DNA of 64,000 bases from Vicugna vicugna (taxonomy: Eukaryota). The DNA is taken from positions 496,001-560,000 of the forward strand of contig MU057744.1 of assembly GCA_013265495.1 (NCBI GenBank). Direction: 5' to 3'. The position numbers and the translations under genes were made by a program. Below the pieces are notes generated by a model. It had not been told where the DNA came from. It did no database searches and saw only the letters and a list, made by a program, of their open reading frames with translations. Below are positions 51,801 to 62,570 of the stretch, piece after piece. Position 1 is the first letter of the stretch, and each line of letters starts with the position of its first letter.

Positions 51801-54800
51801 CTATAGTAATTGCTATGTAAATTGGGAAAGAGTGCCCATGCAATTTTTTGGGCTGTATTAAGTATTTTAATGAATTTTTTTACATCATTTGTTTTACAAC
51901 AAAATTTTATGTTTTCACTCATTAATTTCTTTCAGTCAAATATGTACTCACCATTAAATCATACATAATCACATTTAAGTGTATCCTTAGGAAATCCTGG
52001 CTTTAGAACTTCTGAAACAAAAAGCCTTATTTTTTCTATTACAGGGATCTCAAAACAATATTTTAATGGCATACAAACCAATTTAAATGGATAAAAAGCT
52101 TTACTGTATAAAAAGAGCTAATTAAGAGTCTTTTTTAGGTTATTTTCTGATTAACACCAGTATTGCCAAAAGAATAAAAGCACGGTTACTAAGCTACGTG
52201 AATATCAGGATGACTGAAGCTATTCAACGATACACTGTTTTCCTTTCTTTCTGAAGGCAAATGGGCCTGACAGGAAGCTGGGGGAGGCGGGGTGGTTATC
52301 TGGGGCTCCTGAGGGTGGGAGTGAGGACCACGCAGATGGGAGCTGAAGTGAGAGGAGCCCTTACAACTGACCCATAATGCTGACACGGGCCTCAGGCCGC
52401 CACCGGAGGGGATGACATTGTCTTCTTTGTAAAATTATCTTAAAAAAAAATTCAAATTTACACATAGTGTGACAACAGCTGAACTCTAATAGTTCTACCT
52501 GCTCTCTTGTCATGTTAAATGTATGCATTTTGGGAATCTGCCTTGATTTATATAAGTGCAAACGTAATCTCTACTCACCGAACTTTCAACTGTATCAGAA
52601 GCGTTATCTTCCACAAAATACATTCCACATTTACCTGCAGAACATAATTGGATGTGAGTTTAAAAATGTATGTGCACTATTACCTTATATGGTTAAAAGC
52701 ATGCCGTTGGATTTAGCTGGACTGGATTTGAATCCCACTGCCCAGAAACAGTTCCTAATACTCAGTTAATGTATTTTTGAAGAGCATCCACAAGACCTTG
52801 GGCAAGCTGCTTAACCTCTTTGTGTCTGAGTTTCCTTATAAAAAGAAGGGGGCAGGAAGAGGCAGGGGAGGACTCTATTTCACAGGTTACTGTGGAATTA
52901 AATTTAATATACGTACAGTAGTTATTAACAGTGTCTGGCACTGAGTGCTAACAAATTTGGCTATTTATTATTACCAGTATTCTTCTTACATTACTAGCAT
53001 ATTATTTGGCTTTATTTTGTCACACATTAGCTGAAGTCAAGTTGTAAACCAAATTTTCTAGCAAAAGAGGAACCCTCAATTATTCTGCTGACTTAAACGC
53101 TCAATAGGGCAGAACAGGAGCTTAAAAGACAGTCCCCCAATTTTCCCTGCTTCGTAGGCTGCGGTTAGTGCATGTCCCTACTAATGTATCCAAACAGCAG
53201 GCCCTTCCCTGGGCTCTGTGCTGTGCGCTGGTCCCCTCCGGTCGCCCAGGGCGCTGCCCGGCTGCCTCAGAGACAGCCACCGTCTCCATCCTGGGACTAT
53301 GGGGCTTGGTTCGGGCAAGCTCGGAACTCTCCATGTTAGGCCTTGGACGCTACGGAGCTACCCTACAGCAGCGACTCCCAAATTTGAAGGTTAGCAGAAT
53401 CTCTGCAGGGTTCATCAAAATGCAGACTGCTGGGCCCCAGCCACAGGGTTTCAGATTCCAGGGGCTGGGGAGGGGCTAAAAATGCGTATTTCTTGGAAGC
53501 TCCCTTGGGAGGCGGCCCCTCCTGATCTGGGGAGTGCGCTTTGAGAACAACAGGCCTACAGCACACGGATTGGTTCTTTAAGGGAACAGAAGTCAAGTGG
53601 TATAACTTTATTTCATCATATCTTGGGGAAAAAGTTTCTCACCAAATGTACTCTCCATGGATCAACAGCCCTGGCCTTTCTCTCAGAAGTATAATAAAGA
53701 ATATAAATTGTGAACAATCTCAGAGTGGATATATTTCTTATGCATAGGAATATCTGTTAAAACAGTGGGCATCTACGTATGGCAATAATTCTTTACCCTA
53801 AAAATAAAAACTGATATATAATAAAAGGGATGATTAAATATGGAGATGTATACTCATGAAGAAAGTTAACTTTATAAAAATTAAAATGCCGTTCATGTGC
53901 TTTTCAGGAAATAAGACCGTCGTTTCTTCACATTCCTGAGTCATATGCGAGGTACACAATGTTAAGGTGAAACAGTCCATGTAATGTTAGAGAAAGTTTA
54001 TCTCATTTAATGGCAGTGTGTCCAAACAACGCTTCAAATTATCTAAGAATAAAATAAGGCAGGGGGAATACGTGTACAAATCTTCCAAACGCGGCTTACC
54101 CAGTAACAATTCACCAGCTGTCTCTCTAGATGGGGCAACGCTGATACATCTTCGATTCACTCTGTCAAAACATATTTAAAGATATGATTAAATGTTTTGA
54201 CCCATTTCAGAGAGTAAAAGCTTCATTTTATCTAGCAGAAGATTTCAGCAAAGCAGACTGGAGTTTCAAAAGCACAAAATGTCTTGTTAAAATCCACATG
54301 AAAATAGTATCTCAGTTTTTGACATTATGATAGAGGAGAAAATGACAGACACTTTTAGAAAAGGTGAACAACCTCTAGACCCTTGTGCAGAATAAGGGAT
54401 TCAGTTATTTAAAAGCGTTTTCAATATTTCATATTTTCCATTCATTGGTTCATGCCTTGGATAATCCAAACAGAGAAAGGAAGCTGAGCGTTCCAGGAAA
54501 AAGAGGGGCTTCTGAGTCAGAAAAGTTCCTCTCTTCTTCAGTCAAGTCACTTATCTTCTCTGAGTCTCAGTTTTTCATCTATAAAATGGGCAGGGTAACA
54601 ACCTCCACCACCACAAAGACACTACCACTAGTCACCATATACTGATCCAGGCAATACTCCGCGAAACTGGGCGTTACCACCTTCCTCGTGCAAGGGACAA
54701 GGAAACAGCCCGAGAGGCTACGCGACTTGCCTGAGAGCAGACAGCTCGGAAGAGGAGGGACTAGAGTTTGAACCTTTAATCACCAGCTAGGTTGCCCCTT

Positions 54801-57800
54801 GTGGATGTCACCAGCAGTACTGTGTATTTCACAGAGTGGCTAGAAACATCAGCTGAAAAATGCATGTATGCCAACGAGGCCTAGAGCACAAGGACTGAGG
54901 TCCGGTGAGTCCTTCCCTTCAAATGTTTGCTCTTTCTGGATTCTGGCCACTCAACCTTGTCCTCTCTTGAGCTGTGTTTACGATCTTTCCTACACCCATG
55001 GCATGCTCCAAAATCAGCAGCACATAAGCACTATAACAGACTTTTAAGTCTCTGACACCCAGAGAAAGAGATGGCGTCGTACGGATTCAGATTTACCTGA
55101 TAGACTCACTTGCAGCTTTGTCTTTTACAGTAGAAGAGAAAGAAGAGTGAGTTTTGTCTTCAAATAGGTAAGAGAGTGGTGGTTTGACCACATCTGTTGA
55201 GGAAAAAAGGACATTCTTATCTTTGTGAAGTGAGCAATGTTATCTGCCATACTTACGTGCGGAGTCAAGAAGCCACAATTACCTTCGGATTTCTGCCTAT
55301 CCTTGAGGAGGTACTTATTTGGAATGGTTAAGTAGCATCTCTGTAAACGCCTCCTCTCCCGATTCGGCCCTTCTGTTGGATCCAACTGCCATGAAGTTGG
55401 ATAGTAGAGGGGGTCATACCAGACGGCTCTGCGAGTGGAAAGAAAAGAATGCTTTTAGTGGCAATGTGGAGTACTTGCAGCTTTAAAAAATCATTCTAGA
55501 AGCTGAATAAATACATCAATGATCTAGTTAATTAACCCCCACCCCGACTACTTATACAATGAGACTAGGAACTGCACACACACAGGACAAAGGGACAGCA
55601 TAAAGAATAAGCCTCCTTCTGCTCTGGAGTCCCGGGCTCCCTGCCTAGAGGCAGGCTCTGCTCCCAGTTTCTGCTGTCCATTAAATTTTAAAAAAGATAT
55701 TGCATGATTACCACATGCTTAGCAATTTATCAGATTCAGTATGGTTAACTTAAGAAAAAATGAATTTCCCATTTTGCCTACTATCTGATATAAAAAATAA
55801 AATTAGTTCATTTTTACAGTTAATCACATTTCTTATATTTTAAAATAAAGTAATATTGTAAATGAAAGGAAATAGTAGAACTTACTAAATACATATTTAG
55901 AAATAGATAAGAGAAAAAAATTTCCCTAAACATATCAAAATACTGGTAGGGATTATTTTCCGTCATTTGAAATTGCAGTTATAATTATTACGTATAGACA
56001 TTTCTATACCCTGCCTTCCTTCACCGAACACAGTACAGTCTTTACTGTCACCATTTTAAATGGCTAACATTACACTGAGTGGATGCATCATAATGTATTT
56101 AACTCTATTACTATTATTATATATTTAAGTGGTATCTAATCCACTCACTAGTATAAACAATGCAGAGATGAAAACCTTTATGTTTACTACCTTTCCATAT
56201 TTTGAATATTTTCCTCAGGACAGAATCACTAAAATAGGATAACTGGAACTAGAAATAAAATGTTTGTAGGGTTCCTGACATAAAATGTCAAAGTGTACAA
56301 TGCCACCAAACCTCTGACCAACGGCTGAGACACCTTTCTTCCCGCTGTGGAGATTAGCATCTAATTTTCTTTCCTTCTTTTCTTTTTGGTAACACAAAAG
56401 GTAAAACATGGGATCTAAAGGTTTTAAAAAACTAAACTAACCTCCAGCAATATTCACTATTTTCCCACCTGTTTATCAATTCCATTTGTCTTATGTAAAG
56501 AGTATATTCATGTCTTTTGCTCATTTAAATTTTTGGGATCTTCATATTTTACTTTCAAATATTTACGAATTTTTAAAACAATAAAAATGCTGACCCTTTG
56601 AAATATTTGCTGAAGATAAATTCTCACGTTTTGTTGTTACACTTGTTAAATACACTGGAAAAAATCATAGTTCAAATCCATTCATTTCCTCTTTGTAGTT
56701 TCTTCTATTACGTTTGATCTTAGAAAATCATCTGTCCACCAGAGTTGATAAACATCCTGTTTTCTTCTACTTTGTAAACTTTTTGAGTTTAATTCATTCA
56801 TCTGGCATTTGCTTCCGTGTATAATGTATAGTGCATTTTAGCGCCCCAAAGTCACACTAATCGGTTACCTTAATCAAATTAAGGGAATAATACTTTAATT
56901 TCTCTCTTTTCATTATTTGTGATGCATCTGTTTAACTACATTATTAAAGTCTTAGCTAGAAAAAGGTCTATTTCCCAACTATCCTGTTTCAGTGATTATT
57001 CTTTTGCAAAGATCGTCTTTTACATTTAAAGCCGATATGTAGATTTTAGTCCCTGAACGAGCTAATGTCTCTCCCTCTCATTACTTTTTCTCCCCCAAGA
57101 ATTTAAAAAAATATTCCCATAGGATTATTCTTCAAGTTAAAAGAAATCACAAATGATCAAACAAGAAATAAACTAAGGAGATAACGTCATGAATCTTTAT
57201 TCTGGGATGAAAGTAACATCGGCAGATAAAAGGTTCCAGCCCTTGCTGCCCTCCCTCGCTGCCTACCGGTCATGCGTCAGCTGCTGGACGAGCTCCTGCC
57301 AGTGTCGGCTGGCGCTCAGGTCCACTTTGTACATGCCTCTGATGTGCTGGATCACCTTCTTCCTCTCAATTCCTTGTGAGAGAGACACTGCCTGTGTAAT
57401 GTCTGCAGCTATTTTGGATATATCCTTGGATTTTGAATCGAGACGCTGAAAGAGACTAAACAAGATGCCCAAGGGTTGAGCATACGTGGAACATTAAATG
57501 TGTATCAAAACATGGCACTTTACAACTAAGGTATATGTGAAGTCTAACGGGTTCCTAAAAGACACAGCTTTCAGAACACGTAAAATCCTACCTTTGCTGA
57601 TTATTATTAACTGTCTTCTGCCAGTTGGCTTTATTCACGCCTTCTTCAGTTTCATATTTCTTCTGTTCCTAGAAGATTTAGATAATAATATACTACATAA
57701 AACTTATTATTTATCACTTAACACTGGCACAGAGCCCAACAAGCGAACTTTAAAACCACGTTAACAAAGGAAAAAGGACTGTCCCCAGGAGTCCAGAATA

Positions 57801-58402
57801 TTAAAATACACTAGCCACGTGAATAACGTAATAACTCCCCTCTGATTCCGCACAGTTTGGGCCGCGGAAGTCGGGTGGCAGAGCTGACCGGGGCTGCCAG
57901 GCCTGACGGGTCTGCACAGTTGTTTGCTTCCTTATTTTGCTTTTTCATTAAAGAACCCATGACTTAAAGTTGATAACTGAATTTGCTTGTCACCATTAAA
58001 ATTTTCCCTTCGCTGATAATGGACAAGGATGACCAGAGAGAATAAAACGCGCCTTAAAACGCACCTCTTTGTTCTCTCACAGTAAAAAGGCAACATAAAG
58101 GAAAAAACCTATCGTTTTGAATTGATCATCAATGGTACTCCGTAATAACAAAGATCTTCCAATCATTCTTTAGTTACGCTCAGTGGGCTCTCCTAGGAAA
58201 ATCTCTTATGGTTCCACCGACCCACCTCTTTGATCACTTTAAGAAGGTCTGACTTGGTCGTTGCGCTGGGAGGGGTGCACTTGTGCCCACACGATTTTAA
58301 CGCGCTCATGAGCAGCTCCGCTGTGTCCTGCTCTTCGTCATTCAGTTCCTCCCGGTGATTATGTATCAACTCTGACAAATACAAAACTAACTTGGCTCCA
58401 TG
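12706..58402 (-). CDS. LYST: LYST, C-terminal 22 coding exons (human exon 32-53 equivalents); PH-BEACH and WD40 region; gene continues beyond the right edge
   Basis: Exons spliced by hand sum to 3048 nt in one open frame from [16 protein letters not shown] to [11 protein letters not shown]. All introns are GT-AG. BEACH motifs [24 protein letters not shown] and [10 protein letters not shown] are present, as are WD40 GH...WD motifs. Matches the recalled LYST sequence. Confidence 0.98.
13757..13828 (-). CDS. LYST: LYST exon (52), 72 nt, WD40
   Basis: cag|GTTGTGGAG...ATCGTGAG|gtgagt; [23 protein letters not shown]. Confidence 0.96.
14239..14395 (-). CDS. LYST: LYST exon (51), 157 nt, WD40
   Basis: cag|CTGGTGGAGG...ATCGTGAG|gtaaga; [25 protein letters not shown]...GLENGIV. 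Confidence 0.96.
15335..15748 (+). mobile_element. L1M 3' end fragment
   Basis: gatgaatggatgaacaaaatgtgg...acatggatgaatctt...gctaagtgaaataagctagacacaaaagg...tttaccac. Confidence 0.85.
15746..15769. repeat. (CA)n microsatellite
   Basis: Perfect CA run. Confidence 0.9.
16696..16731. repeat. Imperfect (CA)n microsatellite
   Basis: cacacacacacgcacacacacactcacacacataca. Confidence 0.85.
17577..18245 (+). mobile_element. MER21-like ERVL LTR
   Basis: Recalled MER21 phrases: cttttgtatgctaatgag, gagagcttccagg, gagttttgtgagtcattctag..aattattgaacct, tagtgtcagaattgaattg, cacatttggtgtcag. Confidence 0.75.
18961..19058 (-). CDS. LYST: LYST exon (50), 98 nt, WD40
   Basis: cag|GCTGTGCTAC...TGTGACTCAG|gtgagc; [32 protein letters not shown]. 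Confidence 0.96.
19089..19580 (+). mobile_element. Solo ERV1-type LTR, antisense in LYST intron 49
   Basis: Ends TTCGGTAACA; AATAAA at ~19487; near-TSD GTAT/ATAT; related to LTR-B. Confidence 0.8.
19819..19958 (-). CDS. LYST: LYST exon (49), 140 nt, WD40
   Basis: cag|CCCTCGGAG...CTGAACAG|gtatgg; [11 protein letters not shown]...[12 protein letters not shown]. Confidence 0.96.
22515..22700 (-). mobile_element. L1 3' end fragment
   Basis: attgaaatacagttgatttacaatgttgtgttaacttctggtgtgcagcatagtgattcag. Confidence 0.85.
23535..23765 (+). mobile_element. L1 3' end fragment
   Basis: gggataaactggg..attagcagatgcacactactgtata...gtacaccagaaactaacacaacattgtaaatcaactctacttca plus A-rich tail. Confidence 0.85.
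25184..25282 (-). CDS. LYST: LYST exon (48), 99 nt, WD40
   Basis: aag|GTGACTAGT...GGCACG|gtaggt; [33 protein letters not shown]. Confidence 0.95.
28111..28247 (-). CDS. LYST: LYST exon (47), 137 nt, WD40 region
   Basis: gag|GTGTGAGA...CAGTATCAG|gtgagc; [28 protein letters not shown]. Confidence 0.94.
29386..29575 (-). CDS. LYST: LYST exon (46), 190 nt
   Basis: cag|AGTCCTTTG...GAACAAG|gtaaaa; [21 protein letters not shown]...YSKEQ. Confidence 0.96.
31268..31498 (-). CDS. LYST: LYST exon (45), 231 nt, end of BEACH
   Basis: cag|ACGTACTTT...ACCTATCCG|gtatgt; TYFGMDV...[12 protein letters not shown]...KEVTYP. Confidence 0.96.
31771..32280 (-). mobile_element. Young 5'-inverted (twin-primed) L1 insertion
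   Basis: Poly(T) plus L1 3' UTR antisense at 31771-~32085, then the adjacent upstream L1 segment in sense at ~32086-32280; TSD aaaattga(c/t)ttt; TTTT/AA site at 32285-32290. Confidence 0.85.
32330..33440 (+). mobile_element. Older L1 (ORF2 end plus 3' UTR)
   Basis: aaagaaaccatcaacaaagtgaaaaagc...gacccagcaatcccacttctgggtat...tgtcaatcatacctcaac. Confidence 0.9.
33817..33949 (-). mobile_element. Vic-1-type camelid tRNA-derived SINE
   Basis: Minus strand GGGTGTGGGTACAGCTCAGTGGTAGAGCGTGTGCTTAGCATGCACGAGGTCC...AAACCTAATTA...poly(A); tRNA A-box. Confidence 0.85.
35315..35480 (-). mobile_element. MIR fragment
   Basis: gtacagagaggctaagg..caagtcacacagcaagtggc..ggattcgaa. Confidence 0.6.
36465..36945 (-). 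mobile_element. Old L1 fragment
   Basis: ttccatgtaaatggagt...ctcatcgtggttttaaaccgcattcccttgatgactaaagatg. Confidence 0.7.
37457..37989 (+). mobile_element. MER68-like ERVL solo LTR
   Basis: Starts TGTGCAGAAAAGAGTTA..GGCCTGA (recalled MER68 start), ends CCCCCAACA; 5-bp TSD GATAA/GATAG. Confidence 0.8.
38162..38379 (-). CDS. LYST: LYST exon (44), 218 nt, BEACH
   Basis: cag|GGTTTGATT...CATCCTGCT|gtaagt; [11 protein letters not shown]...[25 protein letters not shown]. Confidence 0.96.
39672..40180 (+). mobile_element. MLT1 (MaLR) LTR
   Basis: acagaatgcagctgaagtg..gtgacctcc...ggggttatttgtcatgcagctgtggataactggaaca. Confidence 0.8.
41048..41188 (-). CDS. LYST: LYST exon (43), 141 nt, BEACH
   Basis: tag|ATCAGAGT...CGTGAAG|gtataa; [13 protein letters not shown]...[20 protein letters not shown]. 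Confidence 0.96.
42402..42615. mobile_element. MER20 (hAT-Charlie) DNA transposon
   Basis: tgccccccaggggac..ggcaatg..ggagacatt...ccactggc..gaggccagggatgctgc. Confidence 0.8.
43924..44080 (-). CDS. LYST: LYST exon (42), 157 nt, BEACH
   Basis: cag|TACCTGGAG...TACCAAG|gtaagc; YLEEEYRKG...[32 protein letters not shown]. Confidence 0.96.
45422..45488 (-). CDS. LYST: LYST exon (41), 67 nt
   Basis: tag|AAACCTCTCC...TACAGG|gtaggt; [22 protein letters not shown]. Confidence 0.95.
47128..47372 (-). CDS. LYST: LYST exon (40), 245 nt, start of BEACH domain
   Basis: gag|GTCCGTGAT...GTCTACAG|gtgagt; VRDDVYH...[32 protein letters not shown]. Confidence 0.94.
47575..47845 (-). mobile_element. L1 3' end fragment
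   Basis: gttagttttaggtgtacaacatattgattc...ccactagtttgttctctgtatctgtgagtctgcttctgttttg. Confidence 0.8.
48712..50090 (-). mobile_element. L2 LINE fragment
   Basis: tcattcaacaagtatttagtgagcacc 3' end; gagttcagtt..acatgttaaatttgag..ccaagtggagatg. Confidence 0.8.
50387..50539 (-). CDS. LYST: LYST exon (39), 153 nt, PH-like domain
   Basis: tag|AGCCTTCAG...AACACCAAG|gtaaca; [36 protein letters not shown]. Confidence 0.95.
50760..51170 (-). mobile_element. Old L1 3' UTR fragment
   Basis: tccatgggtttcgaca-like motif; ctggcaaccactgctctttttactgtc..ccttttccagaatgtca. Confidence 0.7.
52579..52634 (-). CDS. LYST: LYST exon (38), 56 nt
   Basis: cag|GTAAATGTGG...AGTTCG|gtgagt; [19 protein letters not shown]. 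Confidence 0.95.
52680..52965 (+). mobile_element. MIR
   Basis: gaccttgggcaagctgcttaacctctttgtgtctgagtttcctt core. Confidence 0.7.
53385..53555. mobile_element. MER5A DNA transposon
   Basis: aaaatgcagactgctgggcccca..cagggtttcagattc...ctttgagaac. Confidence 0.75.
54100..54161 (-). CDS. LYST: LYST exon (37), 62 nt
   Basis: cag|AGTGAATCG...TTACTGG|gtaagc; [20 protein letters not shown]. Confidence 0.95.
55097..55193 (-). CDS. LYST: LYST exon (36), 97 nt
   Basis: cag|ATGTGGTC...TCTATCAG|gtaaat; [18 protein letters not shown]...SESIR. Confidence 0.95.
55283..55428 (-). CDS. LYST: LYST exon (35), 146 nt
   Basis: cag|AGCCGTCTGG...TCCGAAG|gtaatt; [28 protein letters not shown]. Confidence 0.95.
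55960..57130 (-). mobile_element. Ancient L1 (L1ME-like) fragment
   Basis: AT-rich with degenerate L1 antisense phrases (aacaatgcagagatgaa, tattcatgtcttttgctcattt). Confidence 0.55.
57267..57455 (-). CDS. LYST: LYST exon (34), 189 nt
   Basis: tag|TCTCTTTCAG...CATGACCG|gtaggc; [12 protein letters not shown]...QQLTHDR. Confidence 0.95.
57592..57668 (-). CDS. LYST: LYST exon (33), 77 nt
   Basis: tag|GAACAGAAG...CAGCAAAG|gtagga; [25 protein letters not shown]. Confidence 0.95.
58226..58402 (-). CDS. LYST: LYST exon (32 equivalent), 177 nt
   Basis: aag|CATGGAGCC...ATCAAAGAG|gtgggt; encodes [16 protein letters not shown]...VIKE. Confidence 0.95.
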
Positions 58403-58829
58403 CTTTAAAGAAAAGTAACAGTTTTTTAGTCATAAAGAATTTTTGTTTCTTACATTCAAATCATTTAACCGTAAATAAAATTACACTGCTAGATTTATTT
58501 GGTTGGATCTGGTTTAAATAAATCAGCTAAAAAAGACATTTTGGGGAAAACTGAAGAAGCTGTCACACAGTTATGCACTGGGCATACGATGACATTAAGG
58601 TGTGGGCTAGTGTTGTTAGGTACAATAATGCTGTTATGGTTATGCAAGAAAACGTCTTTTGAAAAAGGCATGATTTCTACATTTACTTTGAAATGCTTCA
58701 GAAAAAAAGAAGCGATGCCAATGTGATAAAAGTACCAACAACTGAGATTCTGGTGATGGTTATATGGCATTCATATGGTATTCACTATTTTATTCTTCTT
58801 AGTATGTTTGAAAACTTTCATTGTAAAAG

Positions 58830-58935
58830 GTAAAAAAAAAAGGAAAAAAGAGGAAAAGAAAGAAAGGAAAGAAGGAAGGAAGAAAGGAGAGAGAGAGGGA
58901 GGGAGGAAAAGGGGGAAGGAAAGAAGGAAGAAAGC
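58830..58935. repeat. GA-rich low-complexity tract
   Basis: Near-pure purine run aaaggaaaaaagagg...gaaggaagaaag following an L1 3' fragment. Confidence 0.85.
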
Positions 58936-59410
58936 AAGCACACAGCTTTCTGGGGAAGAATTCTGGAGAGGACTCACTAAGGGAATACAGAAAATGAGTA
59001 AGTTCCACGGCTCTTCTCAGGGCAACGCTGACCTGGAAAGGAAACCTTCCTTTAAACCCAGAAGTAAAAGAACAAAAGAATCATGCACATTTATTCTTTC
59101 TCTTGGCACAACAGGCACTGGGGACAATTCTAGAACAAAAACGCATCTTTGGGTCCGTGTGTGGATTAGTTTGTAAGCACCCCCTACTCCCCAGGGAGCA
59201 CTAATGGCGACAAACTCTAAACCAGTAAGGTGTCAGCACTCAATTTTGTGCGTGTCCAGAGAAGGTTTGATTTGAGCCAATCTTTCATGAACGGACCCTA
59301 TAAATGGAATTAGAGTGTTACTTAAGGAAATGACAGTTTTCCTGCACAGTGTAAATGTAAACTGAACTTTGATTCATAATTTTAAAAAGTTTTTAAAATT
59401 TTATTAAAAA

Positions 59411-59523
59411 AATTGTTTGGGGGGTAATTAGGTATGTATGTATGTATTTGTTGATACTGGGGATTGCACCCAGGACCTCGTGCATGCTAAGCACGTGCTC
59501 CACCACTGAGCTCTGCCCTCCCC
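59411..59523 (-). mobile_element. Vic-1-type camelid SINE
   Basis: Minus strand GGGGAGGGCAGAGCTCAGTGGTGGAGCACGTGCTTAGCATGCACGAGGTCCTGGGTGCAATCCCCAGTA...CCTAATTACCCCCC. Confidence 0.85.
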
Positions 59524-60859
59524 ATTCATGACTTTTAAGTAGCCCTTTCATGCCAGACATTACATCCGAACGTTACGTGTACACTATATATTATTTAGAC
59601 ATCAACTTTACCAACAAGTTAAACATGCGTAATTTTGCCTTTTAAAAATCTGCATCCATACAAATGTCACTGCACTTGGCTTTAGGATATTTTAAGCTGT
59701 GAATAGTCAACAACTGGGTTTGGACACTATTGCATTTTGGGTGACATTTAAATTAGCATGCTGAATCACATCATGTCTTTACCCAAGGTATAAGATGAAC
59801 ACATGCAATGTTGAAAATAGCAAAGGTCCTTTTAATGCAGCATTTGAATCATTCAGGGGACAGCTGCCGCCAAGCAAATGAGAAGAATGAGCAGGTGCTC
59901 TGCAGGTCAGAGGCCCGAGGAGCGGCAAGCAAAGAGCAGTGGTGAGTGACTGCAGTATTTTCAGTGCGTGTCTCAGAGGTGATGTTCTTGATATAACTCC
60001 AAAAATACTTCAGTTCAGCTTTCAGTGACATTTTCAAGTCGTCTTAAAAAACTACCAGAAACATTTTTATTTATTCTGAATATCCAAAGAAATGCATGAT
60101 CTTCTTAGACACTGAAGTTGTTTCTAATATCTCATTTTAACATCCTCTGATCAATCATTTATTGACTGTAGTTCCTAGGCCTAGAAAAGGTGTTATTAGA
60201 GACACATAGTCTTGTTTTCAGCTCTCAAAAAACTGAATTGAATCTATTAAACACATATCCTTAGAAAAGAGTAAAATGTTGCAATGTGTAAAAGTAAAAT
60301 TTTCTATGAAGTTTCTAAGAAGCAAGCATTCCGAGTGGACTACAGACAAGGAGGAAGGCTCTGAAGGCGGTCCAGTGTGAGCTGGTGTGTGGCTACGTGG
60401 ATCGATGGGGGCGCAGACAGACAAAGGGCAGGACAGAAGGCACTGTGTGCTGGGCGGACACTGTGACACAGCGGCCAGTCAGCAGGACGCTGTTGGGGAA
60501 GAGGCCACCAGAGATGAGGACAAGACTGTTTTGAGAAGAGGAGGAGCTACAGCTGGAGGATTCCTCAGACTGAACTTACAGAAGAAAAGCTCGAGGCTTT
60601 AAAAATCAGGCAGGTTACAAGTGGGATACAGCGCGCAGGCAGCTGTGAAAGGCGTGAGAAGACCCCTCTGCACCGCTGCAGAGCGATCGCCAGATGTGCT
60701 GTTTCCCGAAGAAAGTAAAGTGAGCAAGAGCACGAGTATTCACTTCATTCGTATGAAGAAGTGAAGGAGATAATACATACACTCTGTGTGTGTGCGTGTG
60801 TGTGTGTGTACACAGATGTGCTTGTATCTCCAAAAGAAATAAAAGCCCAGTAAAGATGG

Positions 60860-62570
60860 TCACCTACAGAGAAAGGGAAAGACTGAGGGGAGAGTACAGA
60901 AGACAGGACTTCTCTGAACATCTGTGTTTCATTATTTTGATTTTGGAAGCAGGCAGATATTTTACATAATTAAAAACAATATTAAAAAACCCAAATTAAA
61001 AACCCAATGGAATCTCTAAAAACAGAAAGATAACTGAAAAAAAAACCCCAAAAAAGAACCTAACCAGTTAGCTGATGGCCAGTTGGTGGCCTAACCAAAT
61101 AGAGAAAGCTATTTCAAGTGCTCTTACAATGGAGTGTTCTCACGGTGCACTCATAATGGCATCCCAAGGGCAAAAGAACCACAGAGAAATCTTAAACTGC
61201 AGTCAGTAGGCTTGTTACAAGTGATAATGTTGTCATCTTATTTTGAAAATGTTTTATAGATAGATAGAGCAAGTAATTAATTATGTTAATGTCATCAGGA
61301 ATTAAGATGAACAACATGAATAAGAAGAAATATAAACATAAAAATCCAAGAAAAAGTGAAAGTAGCAGTATGAACTCATGCTTTGTTTCTTTTTCTAAAA
61401 AACACATTCCCTAGCTTGTCCCCTAAACAGGCTGAGCAGAAGCGGCAGCCCCACAGAAACGGACGCGCCTAACCCGGGATTTGTGGTCTCTGCATGCTAT
61501 CACCTCCGTGCAAGGGAACAGGGGCTCCTTGGGGGCAAGGTTTGGGGCCCCTCTGGGGAAAGAAATGTCCAAGGCGAGCCTGGGACATTCTTCTGCTCCA
61601 GAAAAGAAAGAAGTTAATCACACTGACTTGCTAAAAATTTGAAAGGCCGTGTTAAAAGGATGTAACAACTTGAATCTACAGAGGCGTTAATCTGAATCCG
61701 TCAGAAAAACAACTGCAGCGGTTTGAAACTACTCACAACATTTATAAAAAAATACCTGAGTTTGTGCCCACACTTCAAAAATAAAAACAAATACAAAAAT
61801 TAGAGGTTGCCAGGGCACTAACTCATTATTCTAAAAATAAACAGAGGAGCAGACACAGCATCGACCTTGCCTTTCCTGCGCAGACCACACTGCGGGGCAG
61901 CCAAATAGCCGAGAAGGGAGCGGCCTTCCCTGCGGGACAATCGGAGCTGACAGACACTGGTGGAACGAGAAACGTGGAGAAATCACTACTTGGCGTCTCC
62001 TAATGAAAACGTGCATCTTGGCTGCTCCAGCTACTAGGTGAGGGACTGAGGACGAGCTCTACAGTGGCTGAATCAGGCTGATGCCACAAAAAGCAAGCAG
62101 CCAGACGTGCTCTGCCTCCTGCCATGATGTCACGGAAGGTGCAAAGCACCCCTCAGCCGATCATGAAATCGAGAACTGGGACCTAGTCCAGCCTCTAGAA
62201 CTAGAGCCACAGGAACGCAATCAGCCAGATCCAGAGTGTGGGAAGTTCTACAGAACAAAGGGCCCAGTTTCACCAACAAGTAAAGGACATTAAAAAAAAA
62301 GTGGTTGGGAGGGTGTCAGGGTTAAGAAGACGTGGCACACACCACACACGGCAATGCGTGGGCCTTGTCGGGACCCAGAATCAGGAGAACTGTTAAAACA
62401 ATTATGACAAAACTGGGAAAAATTAGACAGTGGGGATGAGATGATCACAAGGAATTATATTACCATCACTGACTGTCGTAAGTTTAAAAAAAGTCCTGTC
62501 AGTCAGAGGTACCTACTGAAGTATTCACAGGTAGAATGATTTGCTCCTTGACATTTGTTTCAAAACACCA
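60860..62570 (+). mobile_element. Fragmented old L1 (L1MC-like 3' region)
   Basis: agaaatcttaaactgcagtcagtagg..ttgtt; ccagagtgtgggaagttctacagaacaa; gaagtattcacaggtagaatgat. Confidence 0.55.

Noticed and set aside
58775..59176. Lys/Glu/Arg-rich 133-aa ORF
   Set aside because: Translation of the GA-rich simple repeat.
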